Positions 12,401 through 26,228 of a stretch of 64,000 bases of DNA are shown piece after piece (the stretch's first letter is position 1; the number at the start of each line of letters is the position of its first letter). The stretch comes from Lepidodermella squamata (taxonomy: Eukaryota; Animalia; Gastrotricha). Position numbers and translations under genes: made by a program. The notes beneath the pieces are model-generated. The model was given only the letters and a program-made list of their open reading frames with translations, was not told the origin of the DNA and did not search any database. The DNA is taken from NCBI GenBank assembly GCA_047495785.1, contig JBLDXI010000012.1, positions 620,001 to 684,000 on the forward strand, in the 5' to 3' direction.

Positions 12401-15400
12401 AAACAGACTCTTTCTTGTGACGATTGCGAATCTGCTCAACCTCCAATAGACTGGTCAAAATGTCGACTAATGCGCCGAGACCAGTGCCACGAGTGAGAGA
12501 AACGGAATGGAGACCGTTCGACATGCCACCGGGTAGAAACCCGCCTAGACTAGAGTATATCGCAGCGATTTCAGATTCAGTCAAGGTTTTAATCTCCGAA
12601 TCGATCAGCTTGAAAATCCGCCTTAGACCACCTTTAATGGTCATGTATAGCCGCCATTGGTGATTAGCAATCATTTTCTTGTACAGGGCGACAAAATGAT
12701 CGCAGACCGACTCGGAATATACGACATCTTCAAGGCACGGAGTCAAAAAGGCAATGATATGACAACGACGCAGATGGACAGGCGCTATTGCCACCATAGC
12801 CTCGATGACGGAACACACCAGTTGCCGAACACCGGCCGAGTAAGGGCAGAACAGGGCTGCCTTCACCCAGGGAGATAGCAGCGGCATCGATCCGACTTGT
12901 TCGAGTTTCAAATTCAGTAACGGGCACATTCTACGCCTGACTATTGTCATTCGCCATTGGGCGGCGTATTTTTCCATCAAGTATTTATTGCGAGCAGAGC
13001 CGCGGTTTCGAAGCGACAACGCACGTTTGACGGATTCTTGCCAAGCAGCGCTTGATTTGCCGACCACGCTGACAGCTGATTGCTGAGCTTGACGCCACTT
13101 CGCGAACGAAACGCGCGGGTCGGATGATAACCAGGCTATAACGTCAACGACAAATCCTTCAGCAACGTTCAAACTCGCGGCATTTGCGGCTCTCAGGTCG
13201 GCTTGTTGCTGTTGTTGCTGGTTCTGTTGCTGCTGTTGTTGTTGGCGGCGAGAGGAAGACGAAGACGAAATCGGGATTTTGCTCGCACTTCCCGACCTTT
13301 CCGCCTCCAACGCAGCTGGTTTCAGCATTTCTTGGAACATCTCCAAAATCGGACCGAGAAGCGCCTCCCATATGAAAGGACTCAAAATAGGGCGCTGGGT
13401 GCCTTCGACAAAAAGTTGAACTGACGTCCTGAAATACGTCTCCCAAGATGGGTCATTCCTTAGAGCAGATGAGGCCAGCATTTGAACTGACGACCGGATG
13501 AAAGGGACGTCATCTGGAGGGGCGCCTTTTGATAGCCACGATGTAGCTTCAGCAGATATTGCGTTCGCAAGCCCTCGAGCTGCATCTGGGTACAAAGCGG
13601 TAAGAACACTCAAAATGGCTCGAGCATCAGCTCGTATCCTATTGCTTGTCGATGTGGCTGATAGGTCAAGCAGTAATGGAACCAAAGTGTGGACGTGTTC
13701 ACTAAGCAGTTTACGACCCGGTTCGCTGAGGGCAAACGCTCGAAGTAACGTCAAACAGTGCATCACAGTGGAAGTAAGACAGGTGAAGCAGAGATTCGCT
13801 GGTAACTGCCCGCTAACAGAAGAATGCCGGGGCGTGCCGTTATTCAGCGGCGAAGTCGGGTTTTGAGGGTTAGGCATAACTACCATGGTGTTATTTCGTC
13901 GAGCTTCATAACCCAACAACTCCATGCGACATGCCCGTAATCGTTCGGCGAGACGACTCAACTCGCCAGCCGAATGTCGACAGTCATGCGCGTAACGAGT
14001 TACCAACTGCTGAATGACAGGGTTCACCTGAGCCGAGCTGTCCGCGCCTTCGTTCCCGGACCCTTGACTGTCGCCCGACTGTTTTGACAACTCCTCGCGA
14101 CCACCTAGGCGGTCAAGCAGAGTTATGACATTACCGCGATAGCCGTGAAGCTGTTGGTAATTTTGGTCAATTTTTTCCAGCAGTGAATCGACTACAGCCA
14201 GGGTTTTCTCGTAGTCTGCATCATTTTCAATCGGTTCTACCGAAGGGCTCGGCCGGCATGTGACAACGGTTTCGATCTTGACGTATTTCGAGTAGCCGCA
14301 GCTCGCACACATGAATGGATCACGCTCGTCATACAGCAAGTGAATAGCTCGACATTTGTGGCACTGAAAAACGTTTTCGCCGCAATTTGAACACACCCCA
14401 GACGACCCGGTGACGACATTGGAGCAACGCGGGCATTGAACGACCTCCTGCCCGCCGGGTCCGCCAACAGTCGTCGACTTATTTTCGTAAAATTCAGCGA
14501 TTTCAAACATCAAATTTCCTGCTGTGATTGGGACTAGGAAATCAACCCGGGCATCTGACTGCTGCCTGACCAATGATATGGTTTTAGCTCGTTGCCACAA
14601 AGCAGGGCGACCTAAAAAACAAGTTTTTAAATATTCGGCCTAACTATTTCTCTAGGCTGATCTTACCCTTCAAATCAACCAAAGGCACGGAAAATCGGTT
14701 ATTATAGTACAGGTTGATTGTTTTGATCATGCGATGCTTCTTAACATCAATAAATTTAAACGCAATCGAAGCGATTTGATGCGATCCGCCGGACAACTTG
14801 AATGTCTGCGTCGTTGAAGTGAACTTCGCATCAGATTTCAAAGACTGCAGCTTGACCTGGCCAAATGGCGTTTCTTGGAAATTGGCACATGATGAGCATT
14901 GCGCAGTTTCCAGGTAATAGCCGGCGTTTAGACCGCCGATTGCAGTCGCGAGACGAGAATAAATTCCTGCATTCGGATGCTGCTTAATGCCAACGTTAGC
15001 CTTGTCCAACGACGAAACAGTGAAATCCAACGAAGATTTCAGTAAATCGTTATTGCTAGAAAAGGGAAACAACTTTATTATCAGCAAGAAAATTATCATT
15101 GTATACCAACCTGTTATTATCTGACAATTGACGATCGGCCGTTTTCAACCCGACAAGGGAAAATCCGAACAAATCAACGATTTGAGCAGCCCGCATGCCA
15201 GATATAGAAAATTTCCGGAAAATCCCTTCCAGAAAAGTAAGCAGGAGTTTGAAATGAGCTGCTGAGCAATTTTTCGCGAGCGATAGAACGACATCATGAC
15301 CTAGCCATCGTACGGTTGAAGTGTTCGAGGCAAGAAGAACAACATGGAGAAAGTCACTCATGACATTCGGAGGCACTTGAGCCAAAATAACATTGGCGAT

Positions 15401-17029
15401 ATGTTTGCCAGTCGCGTCTTTCGGCTGTTGAAGCACGGTGTCTAGCAACTGAAGAAGCGATAGGCGAACTTCATCGGCTGGAACAGCGGAACACATTTGC
15501 AATATGTTGGCCATTAAATCGACTCGCCGAGAAAACAGGCGAGATAAGCTAGCCGGTCGACCCCCGGCGACATCGATACAATGTTTCAATTGTTCGCAAA
15601 CTTCGAGAAGTCGGTCATAAGGCAATGCTGAAGCTGCTTGTCTCGAGTCCGCGTTATTCGAGTTTTTCAACAAAAGAGAGCTAAGCCTATCCAGTGTCGA
15701 CTCCAATTCGTTCATATCTCGGAAGTTGCGATACTCATCGGGGCCGCCGAGAATTTGTTGCAAAACGCGACGTATCTGGCGATGAGCAGGAGCCAGAGAC
15801 TTCAAAGCCAGCAGACCACACAACGTCGAGGCCCACTCATCACTACGGAGTAACACAGAGGCCGAGGAAGCAACTTGGGTGGAGGGCGACGCGGCTTGCT
15901 TGTCGATAAACGGCTTCAAACGCGACAAGAAACGTAAAACTGAATCAATCAAAGCTAGATCGTAGTCTTTGAATAAATCAGTCACGCTTCCTGTTGAAAC
16001 CCCACTTTCGATGAAAGGATGAAGGTCATAACTGGTGACAGGAAGCATTCGGAGGTGGTCCACTGCTTTGGGTGCAGAAGGTTCGACGACCGAAACAGCA
16101 GATGCGTCCGACATTTTCCGAGCTTGGCGCTTCAAAAAATGTTCGTGAAGACAGAATAGAAAGGTTTGAAGGATTGCCGGTAAATAATTTTTTATTCCAG
16201 TGTACACCACTTCTCCAAGCGTGCTTTGCTGTGAAGCATATTTCTGGCCAGAATTAGTCAGATGGGCGAAAAGTGAGGCGAGTAACCGCGAAACTAGCAA
16301 CTGGTAGTCAGTAAGGCGAGTTGAGTTCGATGACCCTTCGCTTTTCGTGGAAAATGAAAGGCCAAGAGCTGACAGAGCGGCATTAACCGCCCGTGAAACA
16401 CTCATATCCTCCACAGCAGCATTTCTCAAAATTGAAAACAAGACTTTCAGAGTCGGAATACATCGAATGGCTGGACTAGATGAAAGATCCTTCAAGCTTT
16501 CGGTTATTCCATCGAGGAGAAGAACGGTCAATCGAGGCGAGAGCGTGTTATTCGATACCTCCTTAATCAAACCTGCGGGTAGGGAGAGTTTCTCCGGCGA
16601 CCGCATGTCATCGCTCTCACTTGCCGCGTCAGAAAATGAGCTCGGCGCGAAAAGAGATGAGGCGCCTTGGGGAATACTTGATCCGCCCTGTTGAGCCGCC
16701 GCACCGGGTGCCAAATTAGCCCAGGCAAATCGGGGCACAGGAGGAATCGGTGGTACTGAATCCTCATTTTGATTACCCGAATTGTTGTTCTGTTGAACGG
16801 CATCAACATTTCCAGGATCCATTGATAGAGCTAACGCTAGGCGAAACGCCTGCTCCTCGGTCAACTCTCCGCCCTCGGCCGCCATTCCGGCTAACAATTC
16901 AGCGAACGCCGGCACCTCAGGCGGGACATCTTCGCCGTCATTTGGCGGCAAGGTGGCATTATCGTCATCATCGTCCATCACATCATCGGCTCCTCCCCAC
17001 TCGTCCTCTTCATCGTCTTCCAAATCCAT
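9416..17029 (-). CDS. UBR4: UBR4/p600/pushover C-terminal half, about 2464 aa. Exons 17029-15111, 15055-14667, 14611-11057, 10947-9416
   Basis: UIM-like EEQAFRLALALSM, DOC-like KFTSTTQ, Zn cluster QCPRCS...CGENVFQCHKCRAI, calmodulin-site-like [43 protein letters not shown] and hemiRING EEPGLACCICREGY. Exons total 7395 nt in frame. Confidence 0.92.
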
Positions 17030-17235
17030 GGTTTATCAATTTAAAAATCAACTAAAATTTAAAAAACAATGATAGTCATGGGACATCTAATTTCATTGCA
17101 GCATTGAATCGCCAATAATGTAACAGAAGTATAAGATTTTATCACACTGTAAATCAAAATCAAGACGAGAAGAGAGAAGATGATGAATATTTAGCCTTAG
17201 TTAGACAAGGAAGAACGACACTCGTAACAAACATT

Positions 17236-20200
17236 TCATTCTGTGTGCATTTTTTCGATGCTTGAAGCAGTGGGTGAAGCGATCGCCTCAGCATGAGGAG
17301 TTGCCGCCCCGAGGCACTGGTTTAGAACCGATGCCCAGGGCGAGCTTGATCCGCTGAAATAGAACAAATCGAGGGCTTGCTGTGCAACAAAAGATTCGTC
17401 AATGTGAGGACTGCTGAGCAAACCGGCAAGCATTTTAGCCGATTGTGGCCTTGAAATGGCTTCGAGCAACAATAGTACAAGGTAAGGGGCGAAAGTGAGG
17501 CTGCGAGAAAGCTCCAGTTGAAAAATAGGTGTCGTCGACCAAGTCCAAGGCCGTTCGACGCTCAACTCATTGTAGCAATCCATCATTTGCTTCAAAATCT
17601 CAGGTGAGTTTTTCGCGTCGCTAAAGGCATCTTGGCTCGCTGTTAATGCCAAGAAAGAATGTAGCATGATCGAAAGTTCGAAATGAGAAACGTCGCGTTT
17701 TTTCAGGTCAATAGACGTGGCGGCGCTGTTCACAATATTTCGAACTTGTGAAATAGTGACACCAGAACTAGACAATAGCCACGATAATGTTGCGCGGAGG
17801 ATAGCGAGCGTTGAAGGCGTTTGCAGCAGTTTGCTAACAACTTTTTCATCCGGCATGTTACCACCAAGGCGTCGTAAAATACCGATACTGGACAACAACA
17901 CGAGTTGAGCAGAAGAACCGATGTAAATCGGAGGGAATAAACGATCACGGCGAGCAGCTGAGCCAGCTTCTTCAGCTTGCTTCGAGTTATTGGCAGCCAT
18001 CGACGTGAAAATGGGAGCCAATTGAGGCGGCGCATCAGCTTCCGGCTCGACCCATCCGAATTCGTCACGCGATTTCACGTATAATTGAACAGCATCCACA
18101 ATGGTAGTTCCAGACGAACTGGCGCCAAAGACGATCTGAAGCTTGTTTCGAGCGGCGATAGTTTCAGCGCGAGTCAGCGGGCAGTCGTACCAGCGGGATT
18201 GCGAGCAACTTATAGGAATAGTACGATCAAATAACCTATAATTCAGAATTGGTAACTCAATTGATCAGTTTCAAATTAAAAAATTACCTGATAAATTGGG
18301 GAACTTTGTCGGCCCGGTGACCACCAAGTTGGAATCGCACCCCAACTAACAATGTGCCGACTGTTCGATTTGTAACTGACAAGGTGAAAGAACCCGGATT
18401 AGCGATGTACAGACTGCTGGCTGACGGAGATAGCCGGGTTTTTAACTGCTCACGATTGTATACGTATAGCAGCTGCGAGCCACCAAATTCAACATTCGTC
18501 GCCGGCTGGCAGTGCTCGAAGAAGTCGACTGGAAATTTGACGACTGCGGTATTTGCCGCAGATGCATAGCTTCCAGGCCTATTCCCGGCATTCGACCGTT
18601 TCGGTACTGGCGGTGGAACGTCCTTATTGCCCGAAGACACCCTTTTCACCTGCGGCTTCTGTTCCTCAACAGGTTGCCTGGACTCAGATGATTCAGAAAA
18701 ATCCACCAGGTTTCCAACATCGGGCGCAATAGGAGACGAATAAGCCATCCAATGACCGATTTGACTTGGTTCAAGGCTGCATTTCAGCAGCTTTCCGTCA
18801 TTTGCGATACCGAAGACGCACATGTTCTTAGTACCGTTAGACTGTGGCGCTAAGAAGAAGTGGCAACACTTGACACCACAATGATTCAGCTGCTCGGAAA
18901 TCGCAATTGAAATTTCATCAGGTCGGACTGATATCGCTACGACATTTCCTGTGTCAGTAGTACCTAGAAGCAGACCAGGTACGAGAATATCAATGATATC
19001 CCCGCCGCACAAAACCCATTTTTCTCTATCATTCCGCGGCGAAATTACGATGACATTGTCAACGAAAAAGTCAACCGGCGTGTCCATTTTAAGCACAAAA
19101 TTCGGAAGAAGATACACGCCAGACTCGCACGTCAATGCCAAAAGTTGCAAGCGATGCGAATATGTGATTGACAGCCCACCATCACCGAGCGTCTCTGCGG
19201 CATTGCGCCACGCCGAAGGTAGCGATTTCTGCTCACCGCGAGCCAAAACAACGGAAGTGACGTAGAATGGCCCGGCGTGCGCCCCGAAGTCAGCGCTTAA
19301 CTTCTGAACGTAAATGTGGCCATTCGACCCTAGAATAAGAACGTATTGTTCATCGGCTGAGTAAACCGCAAACGCCATATCAGCAATTTTGCATGAGGGT
19401 AGCAGGAAGTGATATATCGGGCTCGTCACATCTGATGCAGTATCGAAAATTTTTATACAGTCGTTTACAACGACGCCGAGAATGGAAGACGACCCGGGCA
19501 ACCACCGGCAGCCGATGATGAAGGATTGCTGGCTTTCGAGTTGAACTTGAACGGCAAGTTGCTCACGAGGGACGAAAGACGAAGCTGATAGTAGCACAAC
19601 TTCAACGTCAGACGAGCCATAAACAGCTAGCAATGCGTCGTTCTCTCGATTTATTTCAACCCCAGCCAAACTGAAAGGCAAATTCAAACTGCCCAACTTG
19701 TGCGGTTGATATTTCCGTGGTTTTGTTGTTGACTTGTTGCTAACTGAAGCAGCGGCTAATGATAAATGATTGAGCCCGAATAGGTCGAGCCTATTTCTGG
19801 CTTGGATCACGGCGTAATACCCGAGACTTCCGTAAGGATTGCAAGCAACCAGCTTCAGCCTGATCTTGCCTGTTTCAACTAGCTGCTTCAATCTCGTTTT
19901 GTCAGTTTCAAAAACTTTGTGGCCGTCAAATTTGAAATCTGACGTCAACTCAATGTAACATTGATCTCCGAACAGCGACGAGCCAATTTGAACAGGCGGC
20001 GTCGATGTGGATAAACGGTTCAGCTCTGACTTGCAACGCTTCGACAAGCACAACGATTCAGATTGCAAATGCTCAATCAACGATGACATCATCAGGCAAA
20101 CTTCGCCTTGTAAATCTGTGTCTTCGATTATATCCACGATTTTTTGTACGGCGCTTTCATTCGAAATCACAAACGAATCTGTGAAGAGCGAGGACGATGC

Positions 20201-23200
20201 TGGAGTCAAGTTAGAGTTCGACTGTGACTGAGTTGATTTCGACGACGATCCGGCTTGTTGTCGCAAATCAACTGCTTGATTTTGAGGGGGCTGCGATGGT
20301 GTGGGAGGCAGCGGCCGACCCCGAGCGAGAACGCCTAAACGACCAAATCTAGCAGCGATCGTCGGTTGTTGCGATGATTGCTCTTGAACCTGTTGCGAGG
20401 ATTGGCTAGGCTGAGCTTGGTTTTGACTTTGATTTGCGCCACTAATGCGGCGATTCTTCGCAATACAGCTGTTGTCTTCTTTTGCGCCACAATCGCAGAA
20501 AAACGATGAAAACTTCGAGTACGCTAAATCGTGGTCTTTGTGGCATACTTTAGCGCAGACTGAACAAACGCCAAAGCCATCGGTCATCGAGCAAGAATGG
20601 CAGTGGTACCAATGCTGATTCATGAACGATTTTTGGCTTTGAGTGAAAGTGCACAATTTACTGTCGATATCTTCGTCCTCTTCTGTGTCGTCGCACTCGC
20701 CACCATCTTGACCCGCAGACAGGCTACTACCTGTTTGAGATTTCACACCATCGGAAGGAATAGAAGAGCCGAGGGGTGAAAAAAGTGATCGCATCAACTC
20801 CTCAGTAGCTGGACTGTCATTTTGAGGGTTAGGTAAGATTGAAGGAGCCGATTTTGACGCCGAAGCTAGAATACGGCATGTGTAGGCCAAAAGCGTGGCT
20901 GAAGTCGCGATAGCTGCGTCTTCTTTACCCTCCGAATCGCTTATAGATTTGCGACACGTCTCAAGGAAGTGTTTCATGAGACTGATTGTGCGAATGTGAC
21001 CTTCTCCCTCGGGAAGAGCTCTAGTCGTTAGGACGACAGCTGGGAAAATATGATCCGTGACCACTGTATAATCGCCAGCTTTCAATGCTTCGCCACAAAC
21101 TTTGAGTAAACAGTCCAAGATACAGATAAAAAGACTCGAGCCAACAGTCGAAGCAGCAGCAATTAGAGATTGGAGCAACTCTTCCAAACTGCTCTTCGAG
21201 CCATTTGTCGTTGATAATAGCGACATCAGCAGGAACATGACCGAGTTTTCGTTGCAAAGCGTTTGCAGGGTTGATACGACCCCCGTGAGTTCACGTTCAA
21301 ATTCACTTTTCGCAGAAGCTAGTACGACTTGACAAACGATATTGACAGCCATAGGTTGTAGATTGGCTTCATTACATGATAGCAACAGCCGGCCTAAGTT
21401 GCAAGCATCGCCCGATGAATGCGAGTAAGTTCGCTGCCAAATCAAAGCAGTCTGCTTTGTTGATGGCAGGAGACCGGTGATGCATTTCAATGCAGCTTGT
21501 TTCAGGGTGATTGATTTCGGGAGGCTGACAGCGCTACCAACGCCAGCTGTTTCGGAAATAGCGTAGAGCAATCGATGCGAAAACACAAGCAGATACTCGC
21601 CATTTGCAACGGTCCAGGCGTCTCCGAATACATCCGTCAGAATTTGAGTCAAGGCTCGTGCCGAAGTTCCGGCGACATTGCCACTCTGCAAGTAGGGCTG
21701 AGCTTCGTAGACCGCCGAGGCTAAAGTCGGCTCAGTCCCGGAATTCAGGGCGTCGGCTGTGATTGCTAAGGCATTGGCACTCAAAGCTGATTTCCATGAA
21801 CTCAAATTGGCTGTAATATTCAACAGCTCGTTGAACATGTCGACGACGCAGTACAGGTGACGCAAATAAGGATTCAGAATGAATTGCTTCAATTCAACGG
21901 AAGCTAGCAATGGCTGGAAAAAAGTACCACCAGCGGCTCGCGGGACTGAAGAGCGATTACCCGTGCCTGATCCACTACGAGCGCCAGCTTTCGTAATCAG
22001 CAGTTCGAAAACCTTAGATTTCGAACCCTGCGAGGTGCCGTCTTGGCCACTGAATTCTTCGTGAAATACTCCGAGGTGCAGACAAGCGTCGTTGACTTCG
22101 TGAGAACGTAATGCTCGAGATGCAGCGAATTTCACGAAGTATAACAGCCATTCGTAAATCTCAACAGCCGATGTGACAAAGGCAGAATAAGCTGGTAATT
22201 TGACCATTTCATTAGCTGATGATTCACTGAAATCTTTTGTTGTCGAAGTCAGTAACTGCGAAACGTTGCTAATCAGCAGCTGAATGCTGAGAAATTGAGA
22301 CAGCGACGGCAACGAATCAGGAATTTTGGCGTCAATGGCAAATGGCAAATAAGTTTGTTTGAACTCCAACGCAATCGCCTTCAAATAGGCAGACGACACG
22401 CTAAGCATATTCTCGAGCGTGAAAACCGAACGTAAATTGGCCCAGTTTGAAGCATCGGTCACAGATGCCTGCTTCTGCGGTGAAGCCGGAGCAGCGTTCA
22501 GTTTGACATAGGCATCCTCCATCCAAGCGTTGTAGTTCGAATAGTCTCGTAGATACATCGTAGCCATGGATGAGAAAAGCAGAACCAAAGGAGTTAGAGA
22601 CGAGCAAGTCTGATCAGTCAGCTTGTTTAATGCCGTTAGTTGGTCAGCAACAGCGCTCGGAGGTGGGAGGACAGGTAAAAGGTACCACAGTCCAAGCCAA
22701 GTGTTCCAAACAGATGAAGTCTTTAGGCCAACACTGTCAACCCCAATACCAGTCCCGAATCGATCTGGATCAGTCAGCTGCAACAAAGCTGCGTGAAATT
22801 CGTTGTAATTTTGCCCTGGTAATGCGCAAAATGCAGCTAAACCGAGGCGATCCAGTGCTGGGGGAGCTTTGATTTGATGTTCAAAGCAAAAAGTTTCATA
22901 GCACGCGTTTGTTTTAGAATTGCCATCGCTATAAGGTGACATAGTGACTGAGCTGCAGCTGTCGTCGATTGGGCCGCAAATAACGCGCTCCTTAAGAGAA
23001 CTTTCCGGGAGTTCGAAGACGAATCGGCAAATGACAAGATCGGTAAAAGATAACAGCAAAGCAAACTGCGGGTACTCAAATGAAGCCTTTGAACTGGTGA
23101 CCAGTTGGGTCAACGTAGAGCAAATTTTGGCTACGACAGTTCGCTTTTCAGTGAAGGGAAGCAGGTAGAAATAAAACAGCATGTCATTCGCCAGAGGAAC

Positions 23201-25544
23201 CGACAAAATAGCGGCGTTTTGATTAAAATTCTGCAGGTTCAACTGCGATATCGTGTTCAAGTATCCAGCCCAGAGGCCTTGAACGAATTGAGCCATCGAA
23301 TTCGAGTCATTAGATGACAAATGAAATACGAAGACGAAAACCAGACGCCGAACGAAGGCATCGACGTTTGCGAGCCAAAAGTCGGAATTTCCAACATTGT
23401 TGATGGTATTAAATAACTCCTGGCAATTCTCCACATTAATTATCGACTGCTGCACCAGCGATGTGAAAATATACTTCACGATATTCAGCAGAGATGCTTT
23501 CTGTCGCGTGATAGGCATCTCGCAAAGCTTGCGAAGAGAAACCGTTATCACTGATAACTCCCTTATACCCCATGCTTTTTCAAAGCTAGCACGAATCTGC
23601 GGGTTCATCTTTCGGATAGATGAAGAGATGGAAGCCCCTAATGATAAAACCATTATCCGAATGAATTTGACGGGGACTGCCAATTTATCCACTCCATCCG
23701 ATGACCAGGTCCAATATTCTGACGATGCTCCTTTCGTAACACGGATAACGTTAAGCAATCCATTGAAACTGATAGATGATGTTTTGAGCGGTGATTTAAA
23801 ATCACTCGGCACTGGCAACTGATCGTCCAAGGCAAACAAGTTGATTAGTGCCGTGCAAGGGTCATCCTGACTGGAAGATTTCGAGGTCTTTTTAGCTGGT
23901 GTACGATGCTCATGATCGCGATCGCCATCTTCATCGATGTAGGAAGCTTCAAAATCTGACATCCCAGTGTCTATAAAATATAAAAAAATGAAACCATGAT
24001 TGAGTTGTGGAACCTTTAATACCTCTATTTCGTCCACTACCATCACTCTCTGATATTTCATCGCCGTCATCAGCTGAGGACAAATCGTCCGAGAAAATCT
24101 AAACATAGATAGTAACGCATCGCTCAGCGAATTAATGTGTAATTATTACCGCGGAAGGATCTTCGATATGCCTTTGGAAAAGCTTCCAAGACACCGCCAC
24201 TCCTTTTGCTATCGCTTCTACACAGTCTGTATTTGATTGACTTCTTGAAGATAAGTATTCGATAGAGAAATCGAGTAGTTTCGCAAAATCGAGCAATAAT
24301 ATGAAGTATAGAGAATGTTGGACAATTCCACTTTTCTGCAGCACGTCATCGAAAAAAATGGTCAGCTTTGCCACAGTATTAACAATCAATTGTTCCGCCA
24401 AATCAGATGGCAGCTGAGAGAGCATTCGACTGAGGTAATTAATCCAAGACGACATGCATGCCCGGAAATAATTGTTGATAGCGAAACAAATAGATGGCAG
24501 TTCATTGATTGGGGCTTTGCATATGATGAGGCCGATGTCGAGTATAGCCATAAACTGATGAGATATTTTAGCATGATCGTGATTTGACATGTCACTGAAA
24601 AATGTCAGAAGAGGAATTTGAATCAGGCCTTTTCGTCCCAATAGAGGAGAGCCAAGCAAAGACAGCAACAGCTTTATTTCGGGCACGATATTTGGCCACT
24701 CTTTTCTTATATTAGATACCGAAGAGCCCGAAAACTCAGAGAGCGTCGTGGATGATGATACGAGCTCGGCCAAACTTTTAGGGACGCCTCGGGCAAAAAC
24801 GCAAGACATAATCATGCGTCTCATGTTATCTAAAGTTGAAATTAATTTAACAACTAATTTAGTTGACAACTCATCAAGCAACCAACCTTTACCAGAATCA
24901 TCAGACTTTGCTAGGTCTTTCGCGATACGGTCTTCAAGATTCGACATAAGAAAACCGGAGCGAACCCCAGCCTTTTCATTCGATTTGATAACATCTGCAA
25001 AGGATGAACCTTCGGTTTGACTCCTCTCTGTAATAATATGTCTGCATGCTTCGAACAGCTCAACAACAGCATCAGTACAGCATTGCTTCGAAGATTTCGG
25101 ATATGAGTGCAAATTTAGTAAGAGCGTCAAGCAATGGCAAAACAATTCCTGAGAAAATTAAAACAAAATAAAAGATTGAAAACGTACAGCAAAAATAGTG
25201 TTACCTTAACTTCGGCATTGTTCTGTGACAATTGACGCGAAATCAAGTCGCAAATTTTATCAACAAGCAGAAAGGTGACGGGAAACTTAGCATCCTCTTC
25301 GTCACAATGTGTTATTATCAGTGTAGATATGTAACAAACGGAGAATTTAACTTCGACTGATAACGCACTCTTATCAGCAGCATCAACTCTGGAAAAAAAA
25401 CATTATAAATCACCGATATACTATTAGAATCATAAATTACATTCCGACGGTATCGATCAAGAACTGTCGCCAAGCTGCGCCACTCAACTTGGATTTATCT
25501 TTGAGCATAGAGGAGCATAAATTCAGCCATGAAGAGTCTGACAT
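17236..25544 (-). CDS. UBR4: UBR4 N-terminal half, about 2681 aa (ARM region, UBR box, beta-propeller, DOC-like domain). Exons 25544-25441, 25388-25205, 25148-24150, 24098-24023, 23970-18288, 18235-17236
   Basis: UBR box LCTFTQSQKSFMNQHWYHCHSC...CSVCAKVCHKDHDLAYSKFSSFFCDCG, plus FPVDFFEH, YVYNREQLKTRL and RWYDCPLTRAE motifs. Exons total 8046 nt in frame, ending at TGA 17238-17236. Confidence 0.9.
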
Positions 25545-26228
25545 CTTCAATTGCCGAAATAAATATCTAGATAATTGTTAAATGGTTATGTCGTCATTAG
25601 GTGACTTGAAGTTCGATTAGATGACGAATAAATTCAGGAAATCATCAAGGCCTTTAGCCTTTTAGAATACTCAAAGGGGAATTAGTCCTTAGTTCAAAAG
25701 CTGAACCACAGTCAAAAGGAAGCTGAGTGCTGAGTGAAGGACACCGTGTAAGTATGCAAACAACAAGTCAAAAATTAGTAACCAACTAATTTAGTAGTTT
25801 TGTCATGACCTAAGATGTCTCGATTTCCCGGAAAGCTGAAAATGGATACTACTTGATAGGCCCGTCTCGTTTTCCGAAAGACAACTAGCGACAAAAAGAG
25901 GGAGAGGTGGCATCTCATATCTGATTCCGGATTCCGGCCCCTCCTGACTTTTTTGTAAAATAAAAATGGGCTTTACGCAATTATGAGTGTGCATCAGCGA
26001 AGCACTCGTTTGATGCTCAAAAAAGAAGAGGCCCGAATCACCTGCAACGTCTCAACAAGTAAGGGGCGTTCCGACAGAGAGATTTTGGCAGTCGAAAAAA
26101 CCTAAAACCTACCGGCCCCAAAAATCACTCATAAAAATTTGTTCACCGATAAATAATTAAATTACTAAATTGTAGTTGTCAATTAATTTTCTTACAACAT
26201 ATAGAAATTATTTTTATTGCGTTCTTAG

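Noticed and set aside
13203-13245. CAG/CAA repeat (polyQ) in UBR4-C
   Set aside because: Short low-complexity tract in a disordered loop; ordinary.
17060-17150. TTTACAG acceptor-like site inside the UBR4 spacer, which might define a bridging micro-exon
   Set aside because: No convincing flanking donors, and the downstream TTTTAG acceptor is followed by in-frame stops before the C-half ATG. Not formally excluded without RNA data.
9841-25020. Numerous plus-strand and alternate-frame ORFs over UBR4
   Set aside because: Shadow ORFs of a long coding sequence with no recognisable motifs.
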